From assembly GCA_004764695.1 (NCBI GenBank), contig SMSO01000025.1, positions 5,310,862 through 5,374,861 of the forward strand: a stretch of 64,000 bases of DNA, written 5' to 3'. Source of the DNA: Schizochytrium sp. TIO01. Its lineage: Eukaryota > Protista > Bigyra: Labyrinthulomycetes. Below the pieces are notes generated by a model. The model did not search any database and was not told the origin of the DNA. It saw nothing but the letters and a program-made list of their open reading frames with translations. Both the position numbers and the translations under genes were made by a program. Shown piece after piece: positions 21,901 to 36,100 of this stretch (positions are counted from its first letter, which is position 1; the number at the start of each line of letters is the position of its first letter).

Positions 21901-24896
21901 TATTGGTAATACATTTTATAAATGCGTGTTTCTTCTTTTCTTTTCTTTTCTTTTGTCTTATAGCTTTTTTTAAAGAATTTTTTTAATTTTTTTTTAAATT
22001 AAATTAATTATTTTCATTTTCATTAAAACTATTTATTTTAAAGGAAAGAAAATACCTTCGAAACGTATAAGTATCTATTGGGTCACAACGGAATAAGATG
22101 CACAATGGTCTCTTGATGATGTGAGACATTTAGTTCTATAACACAAAGGAATGACTGTTGATATCTAGAGAGGCTCATGGCATAACATTTTACCGCAAAG
22201 GCCATGCAATATATAAATAATTTCATCTGCTTTAGGTTTTTATTAAAAACAAACACACAGAAAGCACGAAATTTAAGAACACTAAAAACAATGAAAGAAT
22301 TGATAGATATCAACAGTTATTTCAAGGATGTGGCAAAATAGCCATAGTATGAACATTTTGTTTGAGACAATCCGACGAAAACAAAAATAGCATCTGCAAT
22401 TTAGCAGCGTTTTGAGCTTAATCATTCCAAAGTTTCCGAGCAAGTGAGAGAAAATCATAGCCCGACCAGATTCGTCGAGTTGACCCAAATTTAAAAGATA
22501 CCGGTCGAATGCAAAAACGTCGATGCAGCATCGAATCATGGTTTGAACCAAAATCTCAGTTAGCATTCTAGTCATGGGCTCATGATATCTTGAGCCTGCA
22601 CGACCGTTGGCGGCTTAAATGCGACCACTGACTATTCATACAAGCCTGGAGTGCAGAGCATCATATATATACATATGGTATCGCAGGTGTGTTTTGGTTT
22701 GACCTCTGGCTACCCTTATTTCATTTTGCTTTCAGAGCATCAACAGCACGCCTATTGGGAGGTGTTCCATTCCAGATATTGCATATATGCACATGCACTC
22801 AGAGAAGGCCTGATTGGCGACAAAACACGCGTATCGAACAAGCGAGCAAATAATAGAGCTGTCGTGTGCGGTCGGCAACATTTTGCCTTTCTTCTCCTCC
22901 TTGTTCCGGGAAGCAATTAGGACACGTTCGCAGACTTGAGAGCAGAGGACCGCAGGCACGATCTTGCGCTGACCATGTTCGGTGGTATCAAGAAGACACA
23001 ATTCACGAATCTCTCTGTTCCTCAAGAGGTTTTCGTTTCCAGATCAGCGCAGCTTGTCTGCGGTGTAGTTATATGATATCTTATCTTCAGAATCCCAAAT
23101 CTTGGCACATCACACACACTCACACACCCGTTCTGCGCAGCCATACATATTGATAATTGATGAAATACTTCACACCATGCCAGCTCAAGCGTATCGAAAG
23201 TTCAGGGTTTGGGCCGCGAGCGACCTAGCGTTCGTGCGTGCAATCTTTTCTTGAGCCCGCCGGGAAGAAGAGCATAATCGCTCGAGAGCCCTAATTCTCA
23301 CCAAAGGTGTGTTCGTAGACTCACATCAGCGGCACCAACAAACAACCGATTAAACTGATCTCAAGATTGGCGCAACTGCAGTGGAGTTGACCTTTTGAGA
23401 GCTAGACAGAAAACATCACAAGAACTGCTTTGAGTCTCAAAAACCAACCTCACCAGCGAACAAGCAAAGAAGCCTTTTTTCAAGAGTGGACACGAGCACG
23501 AAGCATGTATGTGGCATCGTTTCTTCCGCCACAACAAGAGCGTGCTCGACACTGCTTTTTCTTTTGGCGCATATGTATATAAATAAATAAATATGTTTTT
23601 ACATAAGTGTTAGCTTCTTCCTGGTATCGCACTAATGACTGATTAGCTGAGAGAACGCACCCCATTCTTTGAGCAGGAGATGGAGGTATCATCAATTTCG
23701 TCTTGACAGCAGCTGGCTGTGCGAGTTGTTTATTCAGCCTGAGTTAAGCTTTGGGAGACGTCAAAGTAGCTCGGGCTGGACGTCTGCTGCATGGGTTGCT
23801 TGGCCGGCGCGTCCTTGCGACGTGTAGGCAGGCAGGCAGGCAGGCAGGCAGCCATCCATTCCTCGCAAGTGATCCATTTATTCATTCATTCATACATGCA
23901 CTTTTGGCTGAGCCCCACGATGTACGAATCTAAGTGTTACAGGCTGACTGATTGACCGCCTGGCAGAACGATTGTCTGACAACTCGGCGGTTGTGGGAAT
24001 ACCAGGAGTGGATGGAGGAAGATCCCCGGCAGCGATCAGCGTGCCCCAGCTTCGCAGTACACCAACCGTGGTCTTCCATGATCTCGGCGCCAGAGCTGCC
24101 GCTGCTGAGACACGGTGACAAGGAGACCTCGAGGAAGAGGCGGCCACCCCGCGGTTTCCTTCGAGTTACTATTTACCCGCCTCCCGCCTGGCTGCTCTGC
24201 CACTGCAAGCGTACCTGCCGCAACGAGCCTCCGCTCGTCGTCGTCCTGGGCCGCATTTCCTCTCTGCTGCCAAGCCAAGTTTCGTGCGAAGTCCTGATCT
24301 CGCGAGCCCAAGACTTTTCATTGGCATCACCTTCCGTCGCCCTTTCGCCTCTAGAGCGCATGCATACCATACATAATACACACATTCATACATAAATACA
24401 TATGTGGTCCTGGGAAAACCCTCTCTTCTTCTCCTTCCGCAGGGCCCTTTGGAGTAACACAATTCAATGGTCCAAGAGGCGTTCTCTTAGTGGCAGTAGC
24501 GAGGATGCTGGCCACCACGGCAGAGAGGCGGAGGCGTTATTCGTTCTGCCTCTAGAGTAGACTTGTCCTGCCTTTGCCCTTTCTGATATATGGTCATTTG
24601 CGCCGCACAATTCTCCCGGTTCTTGAGCTCTCTAGCTAGCGAGAGGAGGGGCAATTCGCTCTATTCTCAAGTTCGCAAGCGATCGAGTGAGTGTGGAAAT
24701 TACAAGGGCAGCTTCCCAAGGGCCTGGCAGCCAGCAGCAGCCAAGGTTCCCACGAGGGTACGAGTGACCGACTCGAGTCGACGCCAGCAAGCCAGCCAAG
24801 GCTCTTGCAGCCACCCAGTCAACGGGGAAATAAACATCTGCGAGATTGATTGAGCGCTATAGCTAGCACAATGCTCGCTCGAGGTATTTCGTCTGA

Positions 24897-24980
24897 TTGC
24901 TTGCTTGCTTGCTTGCTTGCTTATTGCTTATTGCTTATTGCTGATTGACGATTGACGATTGACGATTGACGATTGATGAT
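24897..24980. repeat. Compound microsatellite (TTGC)n-(TTATTGC)n-(ATTGACG)n
   Basis: Read directly. Confidence 0.85.
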
Positions 24981-25485
24981 GTCCCCCAAAAGCCGCGACG
25001 AAGCACAGGGTTTGGGATTCATTCTCTCATGAGGAGCACCACCCATCAGCCGTGTCTGCAATTCTTCGGTCCTTGTGATTGAATTGAAGGTCGCTCGTAG
25101 CTAGCAGAAAGGGCTGCCCGCGATGGAGCCTCGTCATCCATCGGTCTCCGTGAAGGTAGGATTCCACGCTCAGTTGGTTCCTCATCTCGGCGTCGTTTGT
25201 CGCTGCCATCGCCAATCCAAGGTCGCCTGGTGATACGATACATTCCTTCCTTCCTTCCTTCCTTCATTCATTCATTCACTCATTCCTTCGCCGAAAGCCG
25301 CAGTGATGGGTGAGTGAGTGCGTGAGTGCGCGGAGTTCGCTGCAGAGTCTCGGGCCCATCGCGGTGCCTGGTGGCCTCCGTGGCTCTGGAGACCGCCTTT
25401 GGCCTCTGCTGCGGTTCGCGGCGGGCGCAGAGGCATGCAGGCCGCTCTTGAGAGCGCTCCCAAAACCCTCCTCGAGAACGAGAAC

Positions 25486-25522
<37 letters not shown>

Positions 25523-25656
25523 AGCAAGCAAGCACGCGGCCCAGCTCCCCGAGTCCAGCTCGATCTCTTGGGAGAAACCCTGGAAACCCTCGCCGCTACT
25601 TGCGTGCACAAGTTGTCTTCCGTAGCTGCTGCAGATGACCCCAACGGATCGCATTA

Positions 25657-25731
25657 GATTGGATTGGATTGAATTGAATTGGATTGGATTGAATTGAATT
25701 GAATTGAATTGAATTGAATTGAATTGAATTG
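25657..25731. repeat. (GGATT/GAATT)n pentanucleotide repeat
   Basis: About 15 units read directly. Confidence 0.9.
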
Positions 25732-28700
25732 GCGAGGAGGCACCTGCTGATCGTCGATTCCTCAGCGATCAAGGCGGTCTCTGCCTGTCCGGTAAGTCGG
25801 CGCCGCGTCTCGAGTTCCGTGCTCCAGGCCCGCCTCCAAGAAGAGCAAGAGCAAGAGCAAGAGCATCACCAGCGACGACGGCTTCTTCGACGGAGATGAC
25901 GACGGCGTGTCTCGGCACGCAGGCGTTCTCGCAGGCGGGTGGGTTGGTGGGTGGGTGGGTGGGTCCCAAGGAAGGCGCTGCCAGAGCCTCGAGAACCCGC
26001 GGCGCGTGGGCTCCTCGCCACTCGTCGCAGGTCCGCTGCCGCAGGCGTTCGAGGGCAAGTGCCGCGTACCGTGGCCCGCAGACCTCGAGCGCCATCCATC
26101 CATCCATCCACCGCCAATCTTCGATTTGAACTCAACTTCGTTCGACCCTCTTCTTCTTCTTCGCCACCAATGGCCAACTCGAAAATTCAAAAAAAAGACA
26201 ATCCGCCGCGAGGCTTCTTCTCTCCTCCAGGAGGCCTCCCATCAGCTCTACTTCTTCTCCGACCTCTTCTTCTTCTGCGACCTCTTCTTCTTCTGCGACT
26301 TCTCGAGAGGACTCGAGTGGAGTGGAGCTTTTCCGCGCGAATTCGAATGAATGCACTGAGTTCGCGATGGCGCCGCCGCTTCTCGAGAGCTTCGCCTCTA
26401 CGAGACCGCGACGAGAGGCGCTCTTGAATTGGAAACGCTGCACATCTATGTATGTATCTATGTATGTTTGTATGTATCTATGTTATGTATGTTTGTATGT
26501 GTGTATGTATATATGTATGTATGGGTGTCTATAACAATCAGACAAGACGAAGAGCATCCGTCTCTTCATCTGTGGAAGTGAGTGAGAATAGATTGTTTCA
26601 TTCTAAGTTTAAGCTTTGAGTTTTAAGTTAATTTTAAAAGAAAGAAGAAGGAAGGGAAGAAGGAACGGGAGGAGTAGGCGGGCAATGACTAACAGGCTGG
26701 AATGAGTGAGGTTCTGGCCGTACCATAGGGGCTTAAGAGGTGAATTTGAAACGCATGCGGAATTATTGTATTATAAGTCATAAAGTTTGAACGCATGTGC
26801 GGAGAGAGAGAGAGAGAGAGAGAAGAGAAAATTGCTTTTTTTTTTTTGAAAGGAAGAAAAAAAAGCGCTTCCGGAAAGAAAGGTAAAACTCGACGAAGTT
26901 CAATCCTTCCGAGGTTTTGAAGGGAACGGGGTGGCTTGGTTGCGGCTGAGATGCTTTACGTCTGATGCCCGCATCGGGCCTGCCCGAAGCCTGCGGGTTT
27001 GGGTGCCGCAGTGCCGGCCTCGCCTGTCTTGAAAATGACGCTTGCGTCCAGCTCGCGCTTGGTTCTCTTTTTTTTTTCTTTCTTTTTTTTTCTTTCTTTC
27101 CTGGTTCTTCCTATTGAATGGTCGTTCAACTTCTTTTTCTCTCTTTCTCTTTCTCTCCGATTTCTATTGAGAGAGAACTTAGGAGCGCCATTTTGTTTAA
27201 ACGTTGCACACCGCCGCCCGTGGGAATTCTCTCTTCGCTTGGCTTGGCTTGCCCCGGAGCTGCGCTGGAGGCTGCATCTCGTCGCGCAGGCCGGAGATCA
27301 CGACGCACAGCGACGCTAGCCTTAAGCCAGTGGCGGCGCTCGCCTTGCCTCTGACCAACGCAAGAAGTACGTAGGCATGTCCACGAGCGATCGAAGATGA
27401 TGGAAGGCGACAGACACCTCGCAGAACTCGAGGGGGACTATAGCGTTATGTCCCGCTCGTTCGTTCTATTTCATTAAAAAAAAAGAAAGATGAAAGCTTC
27501 GCAGGTTAACTTTTAATTTTGAATTATTATTTAAAACCTTTATGCAGAGAATGATGAAATGATTTGGTTTGGTTTGGTTTGGCTGAGTTTGGTTGAGTTT
27601 GATTTGGTTTGCTTACTTTCTTGGTAATTTTGGAGACATGAGGAAGCAGCTTGTGATGCGGCCGGTACCTCGACGGCCTTCCGTTGCCTGGTTCGTTTTA
27701 GCGCGCCGATGAGGATTTTGATCGTGAGTCGCAGTACCAGAGCCGTAAGCGCTTTCTCTCCTTTTTCTTTTTCCTGTTTCTCCTCTGTGCAGGCTATTAT
27801 TGTTATCTCTCTCGCAAGGAGGAAGCTCGTTTTTCCAGGCCAGATCTTCATTGGAGGCGACTCTTGAATACTCGGCAGATAATAGAGAACAGAAACACAA
27901 TCAGCGGCCTCTACCTCAGGCTATCCACTGCATGTTCCAAATGACCTTGTTCAGAACACCCTTTTGCGTCTCCATCTATAACTCCTTTTTGTCTTACCGC
28001 TTTCGTCGTGAAGTAAGAGGTTTTGAATGCTCTATTTGTTTGTTTGTTTGTTTGGAAGCCTTGACATATATTTGGACAGATGGAGAAAATCTTGTAAAAA
28101 AGGTGAAAGAAAGAAAAAAGTTAGTTTAGTACCTAGCCTATTATTTTCAACATTCTTATTATATATATATTAAAAATTAACGTTTCCTTTTAATTATTGG
28201 AACGTTCCTTTGTTTTTGTTTTTTTAAATTTAAAAATTAGCCTTTTCTAAACTCGAGCTTTCTGAATTATAAAAGTAGTAGTACATGGAGTTGTTCTTTT
28301 TTTTTTTTTTTTTTCTATTCCTTTTGGCGCGCACAGTCAGTGACTGAGGGAAAGAGTGGGTCATCAGCCAGAGTGTCGGAGCACTTGTGCACTGCTCTGA
28401 CTGGAGACTGCCACTGATGAATCAATGATAAAGCAAACTAAACTAAATATAATTGCAGTTTCAACATCAGGTACATTAGAGTATGTAATATTATGTACCT
28501 GCTGCTTCAGCAGTGTCGTCAAACATAAAAAGAAACAGATTGAAAGGAATAAAGATCAACTATGAATTCTTGGACTATGTCAAAAATGTGCTTCGTTTGC
28601 TGCTACCAAAGTTCTTCCTGCGCGTTCGTGCAGATCTGGCTCGGTGTATTTGGCAAAATTGTTTTTGTGAATTTGGCTTCTTTTTCTGCAAAATCTTTCC

Positions 28701-31700
28701 GGTAATTTATGCAACTTTCATTGATTCCTAGTCTGGCTTTGCATTTTGTGTAGTATGATTTTTCTTGCCTCTTTAGGTTCGTGTATTTGGCATGTCGTGT
28801 GAATTTGGTAAAGGAGTATGGGAAAACGGCACCTCCAAATCTTCCTGATTAGAGGCTTATTAGAAACATAATCGAGAAGAAGATCAACAAAATTTTGCCG
28901 CAGCAAGATTTTTGCCGCGAGAGGCTACGCACATTTGGTGCGAGTAAACATAAGCAGAATTCACTGAGGATTCAAAACCCGTATTTCACACGAAACTTTG
29001 ACCAGTTTGCAATTGTCGATTTATGATTGTAAACTTGCGAAGATCCGTCCATGTTGTCCCCATTTTTTGGTGCCAATCAATGTATTGATGCAATGATCTC
29101 ATATGCAGAAGAACCTTTAGGATGATGGCAAAGAACCAGCAGCGTCCAAGTTATATTCGTTTCCCACCCCAGCACAACCACCAATGAGTCCTTTCTGGCG
29201 CCACTGAAGCGCCTCACTAACATCACGTGGTCCGTGTTTCTGTCTCCATTGCTACGCTTGATCTATGTCTCTATCTATTGTTAACACACGAGTTCTGAGA
29301 TATTGGCTTTTCTATTTTAATAATTAAATTCTTCGTGAAGGAAGGGTGAAGGGCCCGGGATCTGTTTTGTCAAGCTTGGAGGATCGTGAGAATCGCTTCC
29401 CCATCAAGCTTGCGGTTGGTCGTGATTACCCATATCTTCCACAGGACTGGGGTAGTTGAAGACAAGGTGGGGAGCTAGTATTGCTTCTTTCTCAACGACG
29501 TTTATTCATCAGCAAGAGACTGAGCAATATACCGTGATGGACGCACTGAGTTGACTGACTGAGGAGCAACAGAATGATTGACGCAAATTCGATTCGAGCA
29601 TGCCATCAGACATCATGGTAAAATTCCTTCCTAGAAGTTCTTGTGTTTCTCGCGTTCTTTTTATTCCTTCCTTTTATTTTTTTTTTTAAATTAAACTAGA
29701 AAGTAGTTTATATTTTTATTTAAAACTTAATAGAAACATTTGTCTTTTAATTAAATTAATAGAGTTGAATTGAAAATTGAACACGGCATGGCTTGCTTGA
29801 AAAGTAAAAGGAATTTATGTAAAAGTCAGCACGTTCCGTAACAAATGAACATGGAAACTACAACGGAGACTCAAACGATCACAGCGAGAGAGGTGCAACG
29901 AAATACTTTTGATCTCGTCACTCCAACCCAGCCAGGCTTTTGTCCTTCCGCCTCCATTTGCAGCTCTTTTGTGTATTTCCTTCTATATTTCCACCTGCAT
30001 AACACAACCTTGCGTGCAATCAATACAACAATCTGCACCAACCTTCGCTTTCTATTCTCTTTTTAGCCTGTTCTCTCTTTTTCTTTTTCTTTGTTCGCTT
30101 TAAAAAGCATCATGCTCACTTAAAAACATATTTTTAAAATTAAAAAAAATCTATAAAAAACATTCCTCTCGTCGCCCTTGTGATTTAAAAAAAAAAATGC
30201 AGATAAACAAAAGAACACCCAGCACCTACCGGCCTCTAGCCCCGCCGTAGTAGTCGCTAGTCCAAAGAAAAGAAACAGAAAGGGAAAAAAGCGCATCACT
30301 TCTTGTTACCCGCCCAGCTCGCTGCGGGTGCCCAGGGGACCCGCAGCGCGCTTGCGAGACCGCGGCGCCGCTTATGGGAAGTACTACAGCGAGTAAGTAA
30401 GTGGAATGACGGGGGGGTCACTTTGTTCACCACCTTCTCGAGAGAACTACCACTTGCTAGTCACTACTACTCTGCTCACGAGACGGTACACACCCCTCCC
30501 TCCCATGCATGACCAGTAGCAGCAGGTAGATAGCGCCTAGGGCGAGCTTGGTAGGCGGCAGGGTAGGAGTGCGTAGGAACTGGCGAGAGGATCCCGGGAC
30601 AGAGTCGGTGCATCCGCGCTCGTAGGAGGGCGGCTAGGGGTATGCGTAGGGGTCGTGTTTTGGAGGCTGTTTGAAAATGTAATTCTGGCGCTGTCGATGC
30701 GCGGATTGTTGGGCACTTGGAGAACCACAACGCTGACGGGTCGAGGATCGCGATGCATGACAGATGGCAAAGATCGCTCGCTCGCGTGGCTGGCTGAGCG
30801 GGAGAGGCGTCAGTGCAAGACGGCGGCTCGCTAGAGCAGAAGGAAATGGAGCAAACGATCGAGCGAGCGAGTTGGGGAAGAATGTGGGCGTCGAGGTGGT
30901 GGTGGTGGTGGTGGATCTTGGCGAATTCATCATGAGCACTGCCGTTTCCTGCACACAATCCGTCTACCCGGAACTCCGTTTCCGACGGCGAAGGAGACGC
31001 GAGGGCGTCGGTGCGGCGGAGCTGCCTCGCCTGAATGGGCAGCAAGCAAGCACCCGTGCAGGAGCGAGGCTCGCGTCAAGCTCTTGAAGGCCACCATGGC
31101 GGTTCTTGAAAATTCAAAATGGCCAGAGCTGGGGCAGCAAGATATCCGGCAGTACGACTTCTCTCTTGCAGTAACGCCTCAACGCTCACGACAAAGAGCC
31201 TGGCGACGCGCGGAGACCTCCTGCTGGAGCGGGGGAAACTACGCGAGGCGGCCAGGGTTTCATCGAGGCAAGGTTTCACCCATGGTTGGAAAACATTCAC
31301 TACGAGCATAGCAGGAGTGGCTTGCGCATGGCGTGTGCAAGCGCGCGCAGGAAATTTCTGCCTTAGCGCGCGCAAGTTGGAGGGTGGTCCTGGCGGGAGG
31401 ATGTCTCGACGATGCGGGTGCGAAGACATTGGAGCAGGAAGACAAAGGTGCTCTTGTTATAAACTAGCTCGTCTTCCCATGTGGGTTCTCGATCGATCAT
31501 TCCATCATTCCACCATTCCATCATTCCATCATTCCATCAGTCAAGCAGTCAATCAGTCAATCATTCAATCAATCAAACGTGTGCATGGTTGCCTCGACAG
31601 GGCTTGTCAGGTGATACGCCCGAGGCTTGCGATCCGTCTCTTGCAGCGCTATTCGGCAAAGTCGATTCGCCAAGATGTAGATCCTCGTCTTGTGTAGTAT

Positions 31701-32896
31701 TTCTACGTTGCTTTCCAGTACACAACAGCAGCGGCGTCAGTGACAATTTGGAGTTGGGCAATTCGATGTGCAGGAAGCAGGCCTTGCATGCAGCCGGTCT
31801 GCCTGGCCCAGGCTCACATGCGCACAAGCTTTATTATTGGGGGCCCTAGGTTCCAGTCAGTGTATGGTTCGAGGTCTTCGCACAGCCTTAGCCTTAGGCC
31901 CCCTTCAATCCGGAGATAGCCGGGCTGAGGTTCGCAAACTGGGCAATGGTTCTCTTCAGGTATATATTTATTTAACTTTGCTTACTTTAAGAGAATGTGA
32001 GAACAAACAGCAAATCTAATGCAAGAGAGAGAAAGAAGTGACGGTTTGGCGTGGAAGCCGTGCAGGGCAGGGAAAAGCATGTTCCATCCAATTTGGCAAT
32101 TCGTACTTATTCGCTCACCAACGAATCAGAAAACCAGTTTCCATTCAGTATAGATTACTTCGCCTCTTCTTTTGTATCTTGTTTGGACCCGCATGGCTGC
32201 AGTCGGGCAACGCTAAGTCTAATTTCGACTCTCGGTGCGGTGGAGCTTGTTCTTCGCGTCATATTACACTTGTACGCAAAGCCTTGTTTGCTTGGTGCTT
32301 TTGTGTCTCTGTTCGTAGAAAACGTACGTCATCAGACTGATTTTCATATATTACAGCAGGGGATCTGCGCGATGCTCTGACTGTCGCCACTGCGCCAAAG
32401 GGCACACTGACCGGGAGTCCCTTTGCTTTGCTTTGCTTTGCTGTGAATACTACTTTTAAATTATTGTTATTATTTTATGAAATTAAAATTGGAAAGGATG
32501 ATGGTAGAGTGGAGTACTAAAAAGAAACATTTTTGAAAAATAAAAGGGAAAGATGGAAAAGAATGAGAGGTGAAACTTTCTCTTTTTCGAGTTTATCAGT
32601 CTTCGAACGTTTCAAGGCGCCTGTGAAAGGTGAGGGCGGATTCGGTGTCCAAGGCAGCTAAGCGCGCTTTTTGCTTTGTTTGGACCCCCTTGCATTTCAT
32701 CATTTGCAGGCATGGGCCGACTTCTTCAGAAACCATGGCGATAGCACTCTCAGTTTCCAAGTCCTCGGGTAAGTAATGTAGGTAGGTAGGTAGGTATGAA
32801 TTAACAGAAATGGATAATGTACGCCTTCCATGCTTCTTCATATAGGCCAGCTTGAACAATCTTATTCGGAAAGTACTAATAGATGCACATAAATGC

Positions 32897-33125
32897 ATGT
32901 ATGTATGTATGTATGTATGTATGTATGTATGTATGTATGTATGTATGCAAGCTAAGTAAATATGCAAGCTAAGCTAAGTAAGTAAGTATGCAAGCTAAGT
33001 AAGTATGCAAGCTAAGTAAGTATGCAAGCTAAGTAAGTATGCAAGCTAAGTAAGTATCAAGCTAAGTAAGTATGCAAGCTAAGTAAATATGCAAGCTAAG
33101 TAAATATGCAAGCTAAGTAAGTATG
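32897..33125. repeat. (ATGT)n microsatellite running into a 17-bp minisatellite (TATGCAAGCTAAGTAAG), ~10 copies
   Basis: Units start at 32944, 32961 (expanded), 32987, 33004, 33021, 33038, 33055 (1-bp deletion), 33071, 33088 and 33105. Confidence 0.92.
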
Positions 33126-36100
33126 TTTAAAATCAAGCAGACCTTCAGAAGCTTGATGCTCAAGCTATGCAATTGACTTGATCAAATCGTGCAGGCCTTG
33201 GCTTTCGGCATCCATGATTTTATTTGCATATCGAGATCATCGAATTTATGTCTGGAATTTTAAATAGGCATGGGCTTTGAAAAGAGGGCGCGGGAAATCG
33301 TCGAAAGTCTGAAGTCTAGTTCCGGAATTTGGATATCAGGAACCGGGATATCCTCGCAAACGTCGGACCTGTCGGGGCGGCAGTGAGAGTCGGTCTGCGC
33401 CCACTGCGACTGCACCGCTCAGAGTCACCTCCTCTGGCGCAACCTCAGCCTCGAGTCACCCGCAGCCTCCCGCAGCTTGTGCCTTCGTACTCTGAGCGCG
33501 CACGGTGAGTGGCGGAGAGCTCTAGATCTCTGCCGCTCTGGAAGAGGAACCCTGAAGCCTGTCCCCTCGGGGGATTGCTCGAGAGACCTGAGAGGGGAAG
33601 CCGACCTTTTTTCCGAAGCAGTCGATGACATAGAAGAATGAGCCAAGGAGGAGTTAGCTGACTGCGGGGAATCACAGGCCTTCCGAGACCAAGCTCTTTT
33701 CTTTCGCGCTTTGCTGTCACAATAATACGGCACTCATTAGAACGAATCTATAACTATCGATACCTACATAGGCCTGAACTCGGTTCAGCCTATTTCTATA
33801 TCTTTAGCAGACCAAGGCTGCGTAATAATGATAACGATGCGAAGCTGTAGCTACTCTTCCCTACAGATAGATAGGCCTATTAGATTACATAAATTCATCC
33901 ATCCATCCTCAAGTCTTCTCGCCTTTAAAAAAGAAAAAAGAAAAACTGGTGCCAAAGTCTTTTACTGTTTCTCCTGCTACTCTATAAACTTCAAAAAAAG
34001 AAAGAAAAAAAGGTAAACTTTGAAGTAAAAGGCTGCGAAGGTGATCTTCGAACACTGACAAGTTCTGTCTGAAATAAGCAGGAAAGAAAGCCTCTCTCTG
34101 CTTAGCACCCGTAGCGCATGGTAGGAGCTAGAGGTCTTCTAATGAACTTTTACTTCCTCCTACTCGATTCATTCATCCTCGACTACTTCCCGGGAACGCA
34201 GGGAACGCGTCGCGGAAGGCGGGCAAGAGGGCCGGGCCAGGCGGCGAGGGAGCCGATCGGCTGCGCAAAGCTCGCTTTGGTGTTTCGGACACGTGCGCGC
34301 ACAAGCGAGTGAGTTGGAACGGAAAGAACACCCGGAAGGCAAGAAAGCGGAGCACTGAGTGTTTGCTAAGCTAGCTAGCTCGCTCTAGCGCAGCTTCTTC
34401 AAGTTCAGGCTTCCGGGGTACGCTCAGTGGTCAACTCGTGGCGTCATTGCGGTTGCTTCGCAGCATGCTCTGCTTTGATGCGTTTGGGGCAGATGGAAAG
34501 GTGACGAAGAGCGAAGGGTCATGCTTTTTGGCCCCTGCGATCGCTGTTGTGTTTCGCGAGGTTTTTGGTCCTGACTCTTCCCCTTGCTCACTCACTTTCT
34601 TGCTTTCCTTCTTTCTGTTGATTGTTTAGTTGTTTAGTTGTTTAGTTGTTTGCTTTCTTTGTTTCTTTCTTTCTTTCTTTCCTCTGTCAACGCTGGTGTT
34701 CTTTCTTCTGGATCGCCCCTTTCCGCTCTAGCTGCGATGAAGTTCTCTCTCGTGTTTCAAATCTTCTCAACTCAAAAGGAGAGAGAGAACTTCGTCGATT
34801 GTGTGCGTATGTATGATTGATTGATTGATATTTTGGTAGATTGATTGATATTTTGATTGATTGATTGATATTTTGATTGATTGATTGATGCTCTGCCTTT
34901 GCTTGCCCGCTCATTCGCTCGCTCATTCATTCAGAAGCTGCGGATCGAAGGTGCCTTGGGAGGGAGGCCGGGCCACGGGGCTAACCCGACACCACCAACC
35001 AATCTTGGGCCGATCAGGAGCGGTCTGGCAGGCGGACAGCTCGCAAGATCCGCAAGCAAGCGACTCCAGCCGCCCATCGCAGAGATTTAGGCGCGAGTCG
35101 ATCTGCGCAAGATCGAGCTTCGAGGAGTGAAGAGCCTCATGAGCAGGAATGAGCGGGAGACGCGTGAAGAGGGACGAGTGAACGAAAACAGTTAGAAAAG
35201 TGAGTGAGTGAGTGAGTGAGTGAGCCGCAGAGAGAAAAGAAAAGAAAAGAAAAGAAAAGAAAAACAAGATGGCGCCTCTTTCTTCCTAAGAGTGTACCTA
35301 CTGCGAGCTACCACTACTACTACTCCCTCAGCGTGCATGTCTGTCTATTTCAGAATTTAAACTTTAATGTAATTTTTAATTTTCAGAAATAAATGTTTTT
35401 CTAATGACGTAGAGAACATACCTTTATTTGAAAACTAACTGCAACGCCCGTCAAGACTTTTTAGGTTAGTATCTCAGGTTTATTTTTATTTTTAAAAGGT
35501 TTTGATATTGTAGGGCGCTGCGAAAGAGTATTCAAATAAACTCCTTCCCTTCTAGCTCCAAGTCTTCTGGGAATGTTTATTCAGGAAAGAACGAAAGGAA
35601 ACAAAAAAATCACAGAGCTAGCTAGCTATGTCTGCTATGTAAGTGAAAGAAAGTACGTGCCGACAGCGCAAGGTCGAAGCAGGGCAGAGCGCGGCAGCCG
35701 ATGAGGAGGAGAGGGCCGCATGCGCTGGCCGTTGTCGGAAGGCTTTCTTCACACGAGGTCGACGGCCGCTTCCTCGCCTCGCTCGTGCCAGCTCGCTCCG
35801 AATTACACGAGCTGTCGGGCGCTTGGCTCGTGAGCCGTCCTCGGCACCGATGTGGCGGCACGCGAGGAAGGGAGACAAAGAGGCCATCAATTCGAAGTCC
35901 TGCTACTACTAGGCGCCTACCTACCCTACCTGTAAGGCCAGTCAAATAGTTAAGGAGTGAATTGCTTGTTATCTTATTTATTTATTTATTTATTTAATTT
36001 ATTTTTAACAGTTATTATTTGAAATGATAAGGAGGTTGACCTCTTTTGCGATGAGATGTTCCTTTTCTTGCTCGAGTTAAAAGAGTGTATTTTAATTTGT

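Noticed and set aside
23890-26450. Numerous overlapping 100-160 aa ORFs in GC-rich islands (also 30476-31849 and 40488-41051)
   Set aside because: They are open in several frames on both strands, run through microsatellites, mostly lack ATG starts, and show no domain motifs.
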